From an uncultured Candidatus Saccharibacteria bacterium (GTDB lineage Bacteria; Patescibacteriota; Minisyncoccia; Sungbacterales; SURF-37), in contig CAYIQX010000001.1 in NCBI GenBank assembly GCA_964365675.1, positions 1 to 39,289 of the forward strand: DNA of 39,289 nucleotides, read 5' to 3'. The notes under the pieces are model-generated. The model ran no database searches. It was not told the origin of the DNA and saw nothing but the letters and a program-made list of their open reading frames with translations. Positions 1 to 7,599 of the stretch are shown here, piece by piece (position 1 is the first letter of the stretch; the number at the start of each line of letters is the position of its first letter). The position numbers and the translations under genes were made by a program.

Positions 1-99
1 ATCGTATTTTATAATGCAGAACCCTTCGACCGGTTCGACGTCGCTCACCACAAGCCAGCTTGGGGTAAAGAGATGCTTGGGGGTGGAGTGATTGTCTAG
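1..99 (+). CDS. 3' end of an unidentified CDS entering from the window edge (partial)
   Basis: Frame 1 is open from nt 1 (IVFYNAEPFDRFDVAHHKPAWGKEMLGGGVIV) to TAG 97-99. A strong terminator hairpin follows 15 nt later. The product cannot be recognised from 32 aa. Confidence 0.3.
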   Translation: MVFYNAEPFDRFDVAHHKPAWGKEMLGGGVIV

Positions 100-113
100 T
101 GTTCCAAACGATA

Positions 114-140
114 GCGGCACCCCCGGGGTGCCGCTTTTTT
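114..140 (+). terminator. Intrinsic terminator
   Basis: Perfect GC-rich palindrome GCGGCACCCC/GGGGTGCCGC (114-134) followed by T6 (135-140). Confidence 0.7.
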
Positions 141-179
141 CATGTATAATTGCCATCCCCAGATTATTCACAAATGGAC

Positions 180-208
180 TTGACTTTAATAAATTTGAGC
201 GATACATT
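180..208 (+). promoter_or_regulatory. Sigma70-like promoter for the alaS leader
   Basis: TTGACT (180-185), 17-nt spacer, TACATT (203-208). Confidence 0.5.
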
Positions 209-214
209 GTGAAA

Positions 215-722
215 ACCCCAAGAATGGGGTAGTACATTCTTCATGAATTGCATTCATCTATCGCGCGTGGCTCGAGGTGGGCCTAAGCGCGAACGATGGT
301 GGGTGGCGGCGCGACCGGCGGCAGATTCAGAGGTCTGGCGGGGTAACCCCCTGAACAGCTTCAGCTTCTTGCGGCCGCCGGGCATGGTGTTCCCACGCTG
401 CGCCGGGTTCTGGAAGAGTTTGTCGGGCAACCGATCCACTCGGAAAGAATCCAGTTTGGCGGATGAACACCGTCGCTGCTCTCGGCACTGCCGGAATCTG
501 TTCGCGGTCAAGGCCGCGGCCAGGGGCCGGTGAGGCAAAGAGCGTATCCTCATAAGAGGAGAAGCGGTGACGCGTCGGAAATCGGGGGTCCTCGCGGTGT
601 TGAGCCACGGCGGCCCACGGCACTCGACCGGCGAGCGCGTCGCCACCCACTTGTTCGATTCACCTGGTCCCGATGGGATCGGGGCCACTCGGTGCAGTTG
701 CCGGGTGGTGTTTTTTTTGTGC
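215..722 (+). ncRNA. Unclassified GC-rich structured leader or ncRNA upstream of alaS
   Basis: About 500 nt between the promoter and the alaS ATG with no credible ORF; the six-frame ORFs here are Arg/Pro/Trp-rich junk. Long-range complementarities are present (386-392/465-471 and 566-574/636-644). The region ends in a terminator hairpin plus T8. Confidence 0.4.
685..718 (+). terminator. Terminator/attenuator hairpin 38 nt before the alaS start
   Basis: CCACTCGG (685-692) pairs with CCGGGTGG (701-708), including one G-U pair. The loop is 8 nt and T8 follows at 711-718. Confidence 0.6.
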
Positions 723-755
723 GCTAAGTTGAATAGCCACATTATTTCTGCTCTA

Positions 756-2474
756 ATGGCGACTGTGGGATCCTCAGAGATACGAAAACGCTTCCTTGGC
801 TTCTTTGCCGAACGCGGGCATGCCGTGGTGCCCTCGTCTTCGCTTATCCCCGACGACCCGTCGGTGCTCCTGACCACAGCCGGCATGCAGCAGTTCAAGC
901 CGTACTACACCGGCGAGGCCGATCCGATAAGGGATTTTGGGAGCCGCAATGCGGCTTCAATACAAAAAAGTTTCCGCACGTCGGACATTGATGAGGTCGG
1001 CGATGAGACGCACGATACGTTTTTCGAGATGCTCGGAAATTTCTCGTTCGGGGGCTATTTCAAGGAGGAAGCCATCCGGCTGGCCTATGATTTTTTCAGA
1101 TCAATTAATCTGGCTATCGAATACGTAACGGTGTTCGAGGGTGATCCCGCAGTGCCAGCAGACACGGAATCGGAACGCATTTGGAGAGGGTTCGGCATAA
1201 CCGATATCAGAAAAAGGGGACGGGCCGATAACTTCTGGGGACCGACCGGCGGCGAGGGGCCGTGCGGGCCAACCACGGAGATCTATGTCCGCGACACGGA
1301 GATCTGGAATATTGTTTTCAACGAATACCATCAGCGGCCGGGCAAATCCCTGGGAAAATTGAAGCAAAGTGGCGTAGATACCGGTATGGGGTTGGAGCGG
1401 CTCGCTATGGTGCTGCAGGGGAAACAAAACATTTTTGAGATTGACCTTTTTCTCCCGTTGATCGCGCTTTTACCGACGGGCTTGCCGCCGCGCATTCAAC
1501 GCATTATTGCCGACCACATGCGCGCCAGCACATTCCTTCTGGCCGACGGCCTCCGCCCATCCAACAAGGAAGCCGGCTATATCCTGCGGCGCCTCCTGCG
1601 ACGGGTCATGGTGTATGAAAAACTGTATGCCCTGCCCCCGCATTTGCTTGATTCACTCGCCCATGAAGTTATTCATCAGTACGACGCGGCGTATCCGGAG
1701 TTACTGCGTGAGGGCGAAACGATCCGAAAGGAATTTGCCGAAGAGCGAGAAAAATTCTCAAAAAGCATGGAGCGGGGCATTGCCGAACTCGAAAAAGCGG
1801 CGGCCATCAGTGCAAAAACGGCATTCAAGCTCTACGAGACCTACGGTCTGCCATTCGAAATCTTGAAAGAACTTGGCGGAGAAAGGGCTTCCGGTCTGAA
1901 CCGCGCGGAGTTCGATGCGGAATTCGCCAGGCATCAGGAGGTCTCCCGGGCTGGGCAGGAACGGAAATTCGGCGGCCACGGCTTGCTCCTGGATACGGGA
2001 GAGTTGAAAGCAGGGGACGAGGCGGAGCTAAAGATCGTAACCCGCCTGCACACCGCAACGCATCTTCTGAACGCCGCGCTCCATACAGTGCTGGGGAATG
2101 GGATCGAGCAGCGGGGTTCGGATATCACCGCAGAGCGTACGCGCTTTGATTTTCTTTTTCCGCGGAAGCTGACCGAAGAGGAGATTAAAAAAATCGAGGG
2201 ACTCGTGAAGTATGCCGTGGAAAAGGATTTCCCCGTGACCATCCAGGAGATGCCGCTTGAGGAGGCCAAGCGCTCGGGGGCACTGTTCTTCCATAAGGGG
2301 CATTACCCGGAACGGGTGAAGGTCTACATCATCGGCGATGGCGAGGAAACGTTCTCCCGCGAGCTTTGCGGCGGGCCGCACGTTTCCTCCACCGGCGCGA
2401 TAGGAAAATTTAAGATAACCAAGGAGGAGTCGTCGAGCGCAGGAGTGCGGCGCATCCGAGCAACGGTGAACTAG
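756..2474 (+). CDS. alaS: Alanine--tRNA ligase, short form (572 aa) ending after the editing domain
   Basis: From ATG 756: MATVGSSEIRKRFLGFFAERGHAVVPSSSLIPDDPSVLLTTAGMQQFKPYY. Also FEMLGNFSFGGYFK, VDTGMGLERL, IADHMRA..PSN..AGYILRR, and the editing motifs HTATHLL..H and CGGPHV. The ORF-track GTG at 567 lies in the leader. Confidence 0.93.
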   Translation: MATVGSSEIRKRFLGFFAERGHAVVPSSSLIPDDPSVLLTTAGMQQFKPYYTGEADPIRDFGSRNAASIQKSFRTSDIDEVGDETHDTFFEMLGNFSFGGYFKEEAIRLAYDFFRSINLAIEYVTVFEGDPAVPADTESERIWRGFGITDIRKRGRADNFWGPTGGEGPCGPTTEIYVRDTEIWNIVFNEYHQRPGKSLGKLKQSGVDTGMGLERLAMVLQGKQNIFEIDLFLPLIALLPTGLPPRIQRIIADHMRASTFLLADGLRPSNKEAGYILRRLLRRVMVYEKLYALPPHLLDSLAHEVIHQYDAAYPELLREGETIRKEFAEEREKFSKSMERGIAELEKAAAISAKTAFKLYETYGLPFEILKELGGERASGLNRAEFDAEFARHQEVSRAGQERKFGGHGLLLDTGELKAGDEAELKIVTRLHTATHLLNAALHTVLGNGIEQRGSDITAERTRFDFLFPRKLTEEEIKKIEGLVKYAVEKDFPVTIQEMPLEEAKRSGALFFHKGHYPERVKVYIIGDGEETFSRELCGGPHVSSTGAIGKFKITKEESSSAGVRRIRATVN

Positions 2475-2506
2475 GATCTAGAATTTTTGCACGCTACTGT
2501 TTTCCA

Positions 2507-2556
2507 TCGATCTTATCTATATCAATGGTATATACCATTGATATAGATAGGATCGA
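2507..2556. repeat. AT-rich palindrome family P1, copy 1
   Basis: Perfect 34-nt palindrome ATCTATATCAATGGTAT/ATACCATTGATATAGAT (2515-2548). It extends to 50 nt with one mismatched pair. Related copies lie at 10420-10450 and 33459-33488. Confidence 0.9.
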
Positions 2557-2603
2557 AGTCATTTGTTTTCTCCATTCTAAATCCTGAATGCTATACTGCC
2601 TCC

Positions 2604-3764
2604 ATGGTCGGACTATCCCATCTCTTCCGGCGCTCGCGGCCTGGTCATTTTTTGGCCATTGACTTGGGTTCGGATACCACGATCCGCTCCTTTCTTTTTA
2701 AAGAGGACGGAGGGCGGCGTATTGCGCTGAAAAAATGGTCCTTTGACTTGCCAAGCCGCAAGGATAGTTTCGACAATATCCCGTTCATCGGCCGCTATCT
2801 CCATGCGCTCCTGACGGCATGCATCCGGCAAGCCGGTTCTTGCCCAAAGGAAGCGCTGATCGGTCTTGGCGGGCACCTGGCGCAAAATGAGGTTGAAACC
2901 GTGAATGTTATCCGCGAGCGCGCAGGCGAACCGATCCGGGAAGAGGAGCTTGCTACTGCACTCTCGGCATTCCGTCAGCAACACTCCGAACGAATAGCAG
3001 GAGGCAGGCGTTATCTTCTTGCGAGCGTCGTACCCCTTGGCATACAGCTCGACCAGCGGCCTCTCGGTACCATTGCTCCGGCTCGCCGCGGCCGAGTGAT
3101 CAGGATCGTATTTTTTACCACCTACGTTCTCGACGCATATTGGGAGCTACTGCTGGAGCTTCGTTCCCACTGGAAGGGACTTTACCTTACGACAATATCA
3201 GATCAGGCGGCTATCGCGGGAGCGCTTATCGGAGCCGTCCATAGTCACGAGGCGCTCCTGGTGAAAGTCGGGGCCAAAACAACGGAGGTATCCATAGTGG
3301 ATCATGAAAGTGTCCTCTTTACCGGCCAATTCCCGTACGGCGGGGATGCCGTGACACTTGCTATCGCCCGGCAGACCGGGCTCGATCAGGGAAAGAGCGA
3401 AGAGATAAAAAGGCGATTTGAACAGGGGGGTCTGCCGCAAAAAACCGCCGAGAAGATTCGAGAAGCAGTCCAAAGTGCTAGCCAGGATTGGGTAGGCGCT
3501 CTTAGAGACCTTCTTCGAGCTTCCGGGGTCGTCATACCCGAGCGCATCTTTCTCTTTGGCGGAGGGGCACGGCTCGAGACCATCCGTGCCGCACTGACCT
3601 CGAAAATTTGGTATCATACCCTCCCATCGAGGGGCACCATAGATGTTATGATGCTCGGCGGCGAGGCCGTTACCGGTTCGCCTTTTTGGAATAAAAATCC
3701 TTTTATCTCAGGGCCGGAAGAGGTGGCACTCGGCGCGCTTGTGTACCGGCTGTCGAATAGCTAA
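2604..3764 (+). CDS. Actin-fold ATPase, FtsA/PilM-like
   Basis: Phosphate-1-like AIDLGSDTT; LLVKVGAKTTEVSIVD...PYGGDAVTLAIA; IFLFGGGARL. The order of motifs is typical of FtsA/PilM/MreB-superfamily proteins. Confidence 0.6.
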   Translation: MVGLSHLFRRSRPGHFLAIDLGSDTTIRSFLFKEDGGRRIALKKWSFDLPSRKDSFDNIPFIGRYLHALLTACIRQAGSCPKEALIGLGGHLAQNEVETVNVIRERAGEPIREEELATALSAFRQQHSERIAGGRRYLLASVVPLGIQLDQRPLGTIAPARRGRVIRIVFFTTYVLDAYWELLLELRSHWKGLYLTTISDQAAIAGALIGAVHSHEALLVKVGAKTTEVSIVDHESVLFTGQFPYGGDAVTLAIARQTGLDQGKSEEIKRRFEQGGLPQKTAEKIREAVQSASQDWVGALRDLLRASGVVIPERIFLFGGGARLETIRAALTSKIWYHTLPSRGTIDVMMLGGEAVTGSPFWNKNPFISGPEEVALGALVYRLSNS

Positions 3765-3798
3765 TCACGAGTTGTCTATTACCAATTACTAGTTTTCC

Positions 3799-5286
3799 AT
3801 GGGGTACTTGGACCGATTAAAAAAAGAATCCGAATCTGACGCTGCTCCCGTGAGCCCGCTTCCGAGAATCTCCAGCGAGGCAAGCCGGATCGTCCGTCCC
3901 CAAAAGCGGATAGTTCAGGATATCGCGCCGCCGGAGGAGGGTTCTCTTCGGCTTCAACCCCGCCCAACTTCTCGTTCGGTCGCACCCCGCGGCCGCTTTG
4001 GCCGCCCGGAGGAGGCGAAGGATTTACCATCGTCCCCGCCGTTGCCAAACGAGACTAAGCCGTCGCGGTCAGAATTGGAGATCGCGGTGCATGTTTGGGA
4101 GCCGGACCCCCTTCGGAAAATCCGCCGGAAGCGGCGGCTTACCACCGCCGTGGCCGCATTTGTCCTGCTGCTCGGTGCGGTGCTCCCTATCGTCGTATTC
4201 CCCCGTTTTTCAGTGACGATCATTCCAAAAGTCGAGACGGTAAATGTGCCAGCAATGGAGTTCGTTGCCGATACGGACAGTACAACCCCCCAGGCTTCCT
4301 CGCGCCGGCTCCCGGCTATTGAGGTCTCGGCGAATAAGACCGTGAGCGCGTCTTTTGAGTCCAGTGGGAAAAAATTTTTGCAGGAACGAGCCCGGGGCAC
4401 GGTACTGCTTTATAACGCATTCAGTTCCGCGCCCCAGGCGTTGGTTGCCAACACCCGCCTGCAAGATCCTTCCGGGAAGATTTTTCGCCTGCGTTCGAGT
4501 GTGACCGTTCCCGGGGCGCAGGTCAGCGAGGGGAAAATAGTTCCCACCTTCATATCAGGCGGCGTGGTCGCCGAGGAACCGGGAGAGGCCTTCAATATCG
4601 AGCCGACTGAATTTCGTATCCCAGGATTTCGCGGCACGCCGAAGTACCAGGCATTTTCTGCGAAATCCGAGGAAGCATTCATTGGTGGCTTTGTCGGCGA
4701 GGCCCGAATTGTGGAACCGGAAGATCTGCGGCGCGCTTCGGAGGAGCTAACCCGGACCGCTATTGAGACGCTGGGACAGGAACTCGCCGAAAAAATTCCT
4801 GGGGATCCGGATTTTTTTTCACCGCCCGGAACGCGGGAACTCGTCATTACCCGTATCGATCAGCCCAGGGCCGGGGAACGGCATGATCAATTCACGGTCA
4901 GTGTGCATGCGCGTGGCCGGGCTGTGGTCATACGAAAGTCACATCTTAGCGGAATATTATTAGAGTTGCTGCTCCCGCCGGACAAAGATACGTCGATGGC
5001 CCGGGTCTCGTCCGACCAGCCAGAATTGATCCTCGGCGATATCCGGCTGGGACCGGAAGGAGGAGAAATGCGCCTTACGGCTTCAGGCAAGCTTGCATTT
5101 TGGCGGGAGGCGGATCGTGCCGCTGTTGCCTCGGTGCTTCACGCTTCTACGCCGAAAAAAGCCGAGGCATACCTCCGGGGGCGCGAGGAAATAGGAGCGT
5201 TCCGCATCGAGCGCTTCCCGCCTTGGTTGTGGTTTATCCCCGCGCGCGAGGACGGCCTTAAAATCGATGTGGAGCCGCCGATTTAG
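3799..5286 (+). CDS. Hypothetical single-pass membrane protein with a large C-terminal domain
   Basis: 495-aa ORF with a Pro/Arg/Ser-rich N-terminus and one TM segment (LTTAVAAFVLLLGAVLPIVVF). No family recognised. It sits in the same orientation directly after the ftsA-like gene. Confidence 0.6.
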   Translation: MGYLDRLKKESESDAAPVSPLPRISSEASRIVRPQKRIVQDIAPPEEGSLRLQPRPTSRSVAPRGRFGRPEEAKDLPSSPPLPNETKPSRSELEIAVHVWEPDPLRKIRRKRRLTTAVAAFVLLLGAVLPIVVFPRFSVTIIPKVETVNVPAMEFVADTDSTTPQASSRRLPAIEVSANKTVSASFESSGKKFLQERARGTVLLYNAFSSAPQALVANTRLQDPSGKIFRLRSSVTVPGAQVSEGKIVPTFISGGVVAEEPGEAFNIEPTEFRIPGFRGTPKYQAFSAKSEEAFIGGFVGEARIVEPEDLRRASEELTRTAIETLGQELAEKIPGDPDFFSPPGTRELVITRIDQPRAGERHDQFTVSVHARGRAVVIRKSHLSGILLELLLPPDKDTSMARVSSDQPELILGDIRLGPEGGEMRLTASGKLAFWREADRAAVASVLHASTPKKAEAYLRGREEIGAFRIERFPPWLWFIPAREDGLKIDVEPPI

Positions 5287-5356
5287 GGTATAGGATCTAG
5301 GGTTTAGCACTAGGGGTGTATGGACAGTGCGGCCCTAGTGGCTAGTGGCTATACCC
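5286..5356. repeat. CTAG-rich nested hairpin in the infA upstream spacer
   Basis: GGGTATAG (5286-5293) pairs with CTATACCC (5349-5356), and CACTAGGG (5308-5315) pairs with CCCTAGTG (5333-5340). There are four CTAG tetramers. Confidence 0.7.
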
Positions 5357-5421
5357 TCATGGCGCTAGGCGGGGGCTTGCCGGCTCCAATACCCCGTGCT
5401 ATAGTCCTCCAGTATCCCCTG

Positions 5422-5640
5422 ATGACCGTCCCGGATCGGATTTACAAGGAAGGAATCGTCCAAGAGGCCCTGCCGAGCACCCTGTTCCGGGTGCGTTTAG
5501 ATGATGGGCGGGAAATCCTCGCTCATCTCTCCGGCCGGATGCGGGTGCATCACATCAAGGTTCTGCCGGGCGATCGCGTCCGTATTGAACTTTCTCCCTA
5601 CGATGACACCAAGGGACGGATCGTATTGCGGATGAAGTGA
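5422..5640 (+). CDS. infA: Translation initiation factor IF-1
   Basis: 72 aa from ATG 5422: [70 protein letters not shown] (S1-like IF-1). The ORF-track start at 5320 would add an implausible extension. Confidence 0.9.
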   Translation: MTVPDRIYKEGIVQEALPSTLFRVRLDDGREILAHLSGRMRVHHIKVLPGDRVRIELSPYDDTKGRIVLRMK

Positions 5641-5695
5641 AGGGCTTTGTCCGCCGCTTGGAGCCGCAGGCGAACAACGGCGGTTACAAAACCTT

Positions 5696-5842
5696 CACCG
5701 AGCACTCAAATTGATATCTAACTTTTTTCCGATGCCTGTTTCTCCCGAAAACCATATTGCATGCGGTTACGGTGCGATGGCAATTTGAGTGCTCGGTGCT
5801 CAATTTTGTAGTTACTCGCCAACGCTCATAAACAAAATTGGC
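5696..5842 (+). repeat. Repeat element R1, copy A (17-bp-stem hairpin plus conserved leader) upstream of rpmJ
   Basis: CACCGAGCACTCAAATT (5696-5712) is the exact reverse complement of AATTTGAGTGCTCGGTG (5782-5798). The stretch 5783-5848 is about 90% identical to 9099-9165. Confidence 0.85.
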
Positions 5843-5956
5843 ATGAAAGTTCGCGCTTCCGTCAAAAAAATCTGCACAAAGTGCAAGATCGTGCGCCGGC
5901 GCGGCCGCCTGTACGTGCTTTGCACCACGCCCAAGCACAAGCAGCGCCAGGGCTAA
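5843..5956 (+). CDS. rpmJ: 50S ribosomal protein L36
   Basis: Absent from the ORF track because it is under 60 aa. ATG 5843 gives [37 protein letters not shown], then TAA at 5954-5956. It has the CxxC...C....H zinc form and the canonical position between infA and rpsM. Confidence 0.92.
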   Translation: MKVRASVKKICTKCKIVRRRGRLYVLCTTPKHKQRQG

Positions 5957-5983
5957 GCCGAGTTACTAAAGCGTCTAACCTCC

Positions 5984-6370
5984 ATGCGCATCGCCGGCAC
6001 GACTATTCCCGATTCGAAAAAGATTGAATACGCGCTCGCGTACATTTATGGCATTGGCATCCCCGCAGCGCGCCAGATCGTTTCTAATGTAAAAATACCC
6101 GCGGAAAAGCGTGCCAAGGACCTGACGCCGGAGGAAATTGGACGCCTTCGTGAATTCATCGAGAAGAACTACCGCATCGAGGGTGAGCTTCGGCGCGAGA
6201 TCATGATGAACATCAAGCGCCTGCGAGATACGAGCACCTACCGCGGGCTTCGGCATAGTCGCGGCCTGCCGGTACGCGGCCAGCGAACAAAAACAAATTC
6301 CCGTACCCGCCGCGGCAACGTTCGGAAGACCATGGGTTCGGGGAGAAAGCCAGCGGCAAGACCCACATAA
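5984..6370 (+). CDS. rpsM: 30S ribosomal protein S13
   Basis: MRIAGTTIPDSKKIEYALAYIYGIGIPAARQI...YRGLRHSRGLPVRGQRTKTN. Conserved operon position. Confidence 0.95.
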   Translation: MRIAGTTIPDSKKIEYALAYIYGIGIPAARQIVSNVKIPAEKRAKDLTPEEIGRLREFIEKNYRIEGELRREIMMNIKRLRDTSTYRGLRHSRGLPVRGQRTKTNSRTRRGNVRKTMGSGRKPAARPT

Positions 6371-6452
6371 CACGACGCCAACATGCGAATGCATGCGAAT
6401 TATGCTAATCCATTCGCATCATTCGCGTGGGATTCGCAAATTAGTGTCGCAA
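6371..6452. repeat. Repeat family R2 (TGCGAAT/ATTCGCR hairpin), copy A
   Basis: TGCGAAT at 6384 and 6394. The inverted heptamer ATTCGCA/G occurs at 6412, 6421 and 6432. The first ~30 nt are about 90% identical to 24320-24352. Confidence 0.8.
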
Positions 6453-6457
6453 TCCAC

Positions 6458-6913
6458 ATGGGCAAAAAGCGCATCATCAAACAAACCGAAGAAGAGATGG
6501 CCAAAGAGGGCGAGACCCTTATGGCAAAACGCGCCGCGGCCGAGCGCGAGGTTAAGTTGCCTTTGAGCGTACGCCGTGGCGTGGCCCACATTCTTGCTAC
6601 CTACAACAACACCATGATCACCGTGACCAATGAGCAGGGGGATGTACTCGCGTGGTCATCAGCCGGCACGCTTGGCTTTAAGGGTACAAAAAAGGCCACC
6701 CCATTTGCGGCCGCGCGCGTCGCCGAGACCGTGACGGAGAAAGTCAGAAAGATTGGCCTCGAAGAGGTAGTCGTGCTGGTGAAGGGAGTTGGTTCCGGGC
6801 GGGAGTCGGCTATTCGGGCGCTGGCCAATCGCGGGCTGAACATCTCCCTTATTAAAGACGTTACCCCGCTTCCGCATAACGGCCCCCGGCCGAAGAAAGT
6901 TAGGCGAGTATAA
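6458..6913 (+). CDS. rpsK: 30S ribosomal protein S11
   Basis: From ATG 6458: MGKKRIIKQ...[45 protein letters not shown]...[16 protein letters not shown]. It carries a modest N-terminal extension. Confidence 0.93.
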   Translation: MGKKRIIKQTEEEMAKEGETLMAKRAAAEREVKLPLSVRRGVAHILATYNNTMITVTNEQGDVLAWSSAGTLGFKGTKKATPFAAARVAETVTEKVRKIGLEEVVVLVKGVGSGRESAIRALANRGLNISLIKDVTPLPHNGPRPKKVRRV

Positions 6914-6918
6914 CACAC

Positions 6919-7554
6919 ATGAAATTAATCATGCCGTCACGAGTCAGCCGGCGCCTGGGAGAGCGATTTTTCTTTAAGGCCGAGCGGGACGCCACGCAAA
7001 AATCCGCCATGATCCGGCGACCCTACCCGCCCGGCGCGCATGGGAAAAAGCGCCGTCGCAAGAGCGCATCTGAATTCTCCATCGAGCTCGCCGAAAAGCA
7101 AAAAGTCCGCTATTTCTACGGCATCACGGATACGGCATTGGGAAACTATGTCCGCGAGGCAACCCGTATGGCCGGGCGCAATAAGACCAAAACCACGGCC
7201 ATGCTGGAATTGCTGGAGTGCCGGTTAGACAATGCGGTCCACCGCCTCGGCCTTGCGGGCTCCCGGCGCATCGCGCGACAAATGGTCGGCCATGGCCATA
7301 TCTTCATAAATGGCCGGCGCGCGACCATCCCTTCAAGAGCGCTTCGGCCGGGCGACCACATCCAAGTACGAGAGGCCAGCCGGGGAATGGCTATCTTTGA
7401 GGGACTGGCCATCCGGTTGAAAAAATACCAGCCGCCGGAATGGCTCCGCCTTGACGCCGAGAAGGGAGAGGGAGAAGTACTACGCCCGCCCCGAGAGAGC
7501 GATAATCTTATTTCCTATAATTTATCCAAAGTCGTCGAGTTTTATTCAAGATAA
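6919..7554 (+). CDS. rpsD: 30S ribosomal protein S4
   Basis: ...YPPGAHGKKRRRKSASEFSIELAEKQKVRYFYGI...LDNAVHRLGLAGSRRIARQMVGHGHIFINGRRATIPS. An alternative start is ATG 6931. Confidence 0.92.
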   Translation: MKLIMPSRVSRRLGERFFFKAERDATQKSAMIRRPYPPGAHGKKRRRKSASEFSIELAEKQKVRYFYGITDTALGNYVREATRMAGRNKTKTTAMLELLECRLDNAVHRLGLAGSRRIARQMVGHGHIFINGRRATIPSRALRPGDHIQVREASRGMAIFEGLAIRLKKYQPPEWLRLDAEKGEGEVLRPPRESDNLISYNLSKVVEFYSR

Positions 7555-7599
7555 CCATTATTCTAATTTCTATTTTCTCGCTTCTAATTTCTCGCCGCT

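Noticed and set aside
402-413. Possible RNase P RNA, tmRNA or SRP RNA in the 243-722 region. GCCGGGTTCTGG resembles the reverse complement of the RNase P P4 strand ACAGAACCCGGC, and TGGTGGGTGGCGG at 296-308 resembles the reverse complement of a ..CCACCA 3' end.
   Set aside because: The partner P4 strand (GGAAAGTCCGGGC) is not found on either strand. There is no tRNA-like T-arm, G3-U70 acceptor stem or tag reading frame for tmRNA. There is no SRP domain IV motif. These short matches are likely chance hits in GC-rich DNA. An Infernal scan is still worthwhile.
243-898. Several long ORFs in the alaS upstream region: 243-533(+), 530-727(+), 254-898(-), 327-650(-), and the 567 GTG extension of alaS.
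   Set aside because: Their translations are Arg/Pro/Gly/Trp-rich with no protein-like pattern. They overlap one another in a GC-rich stretch where long spurious ORFs are expected. The AlaRS homology begins only at ATG 756.
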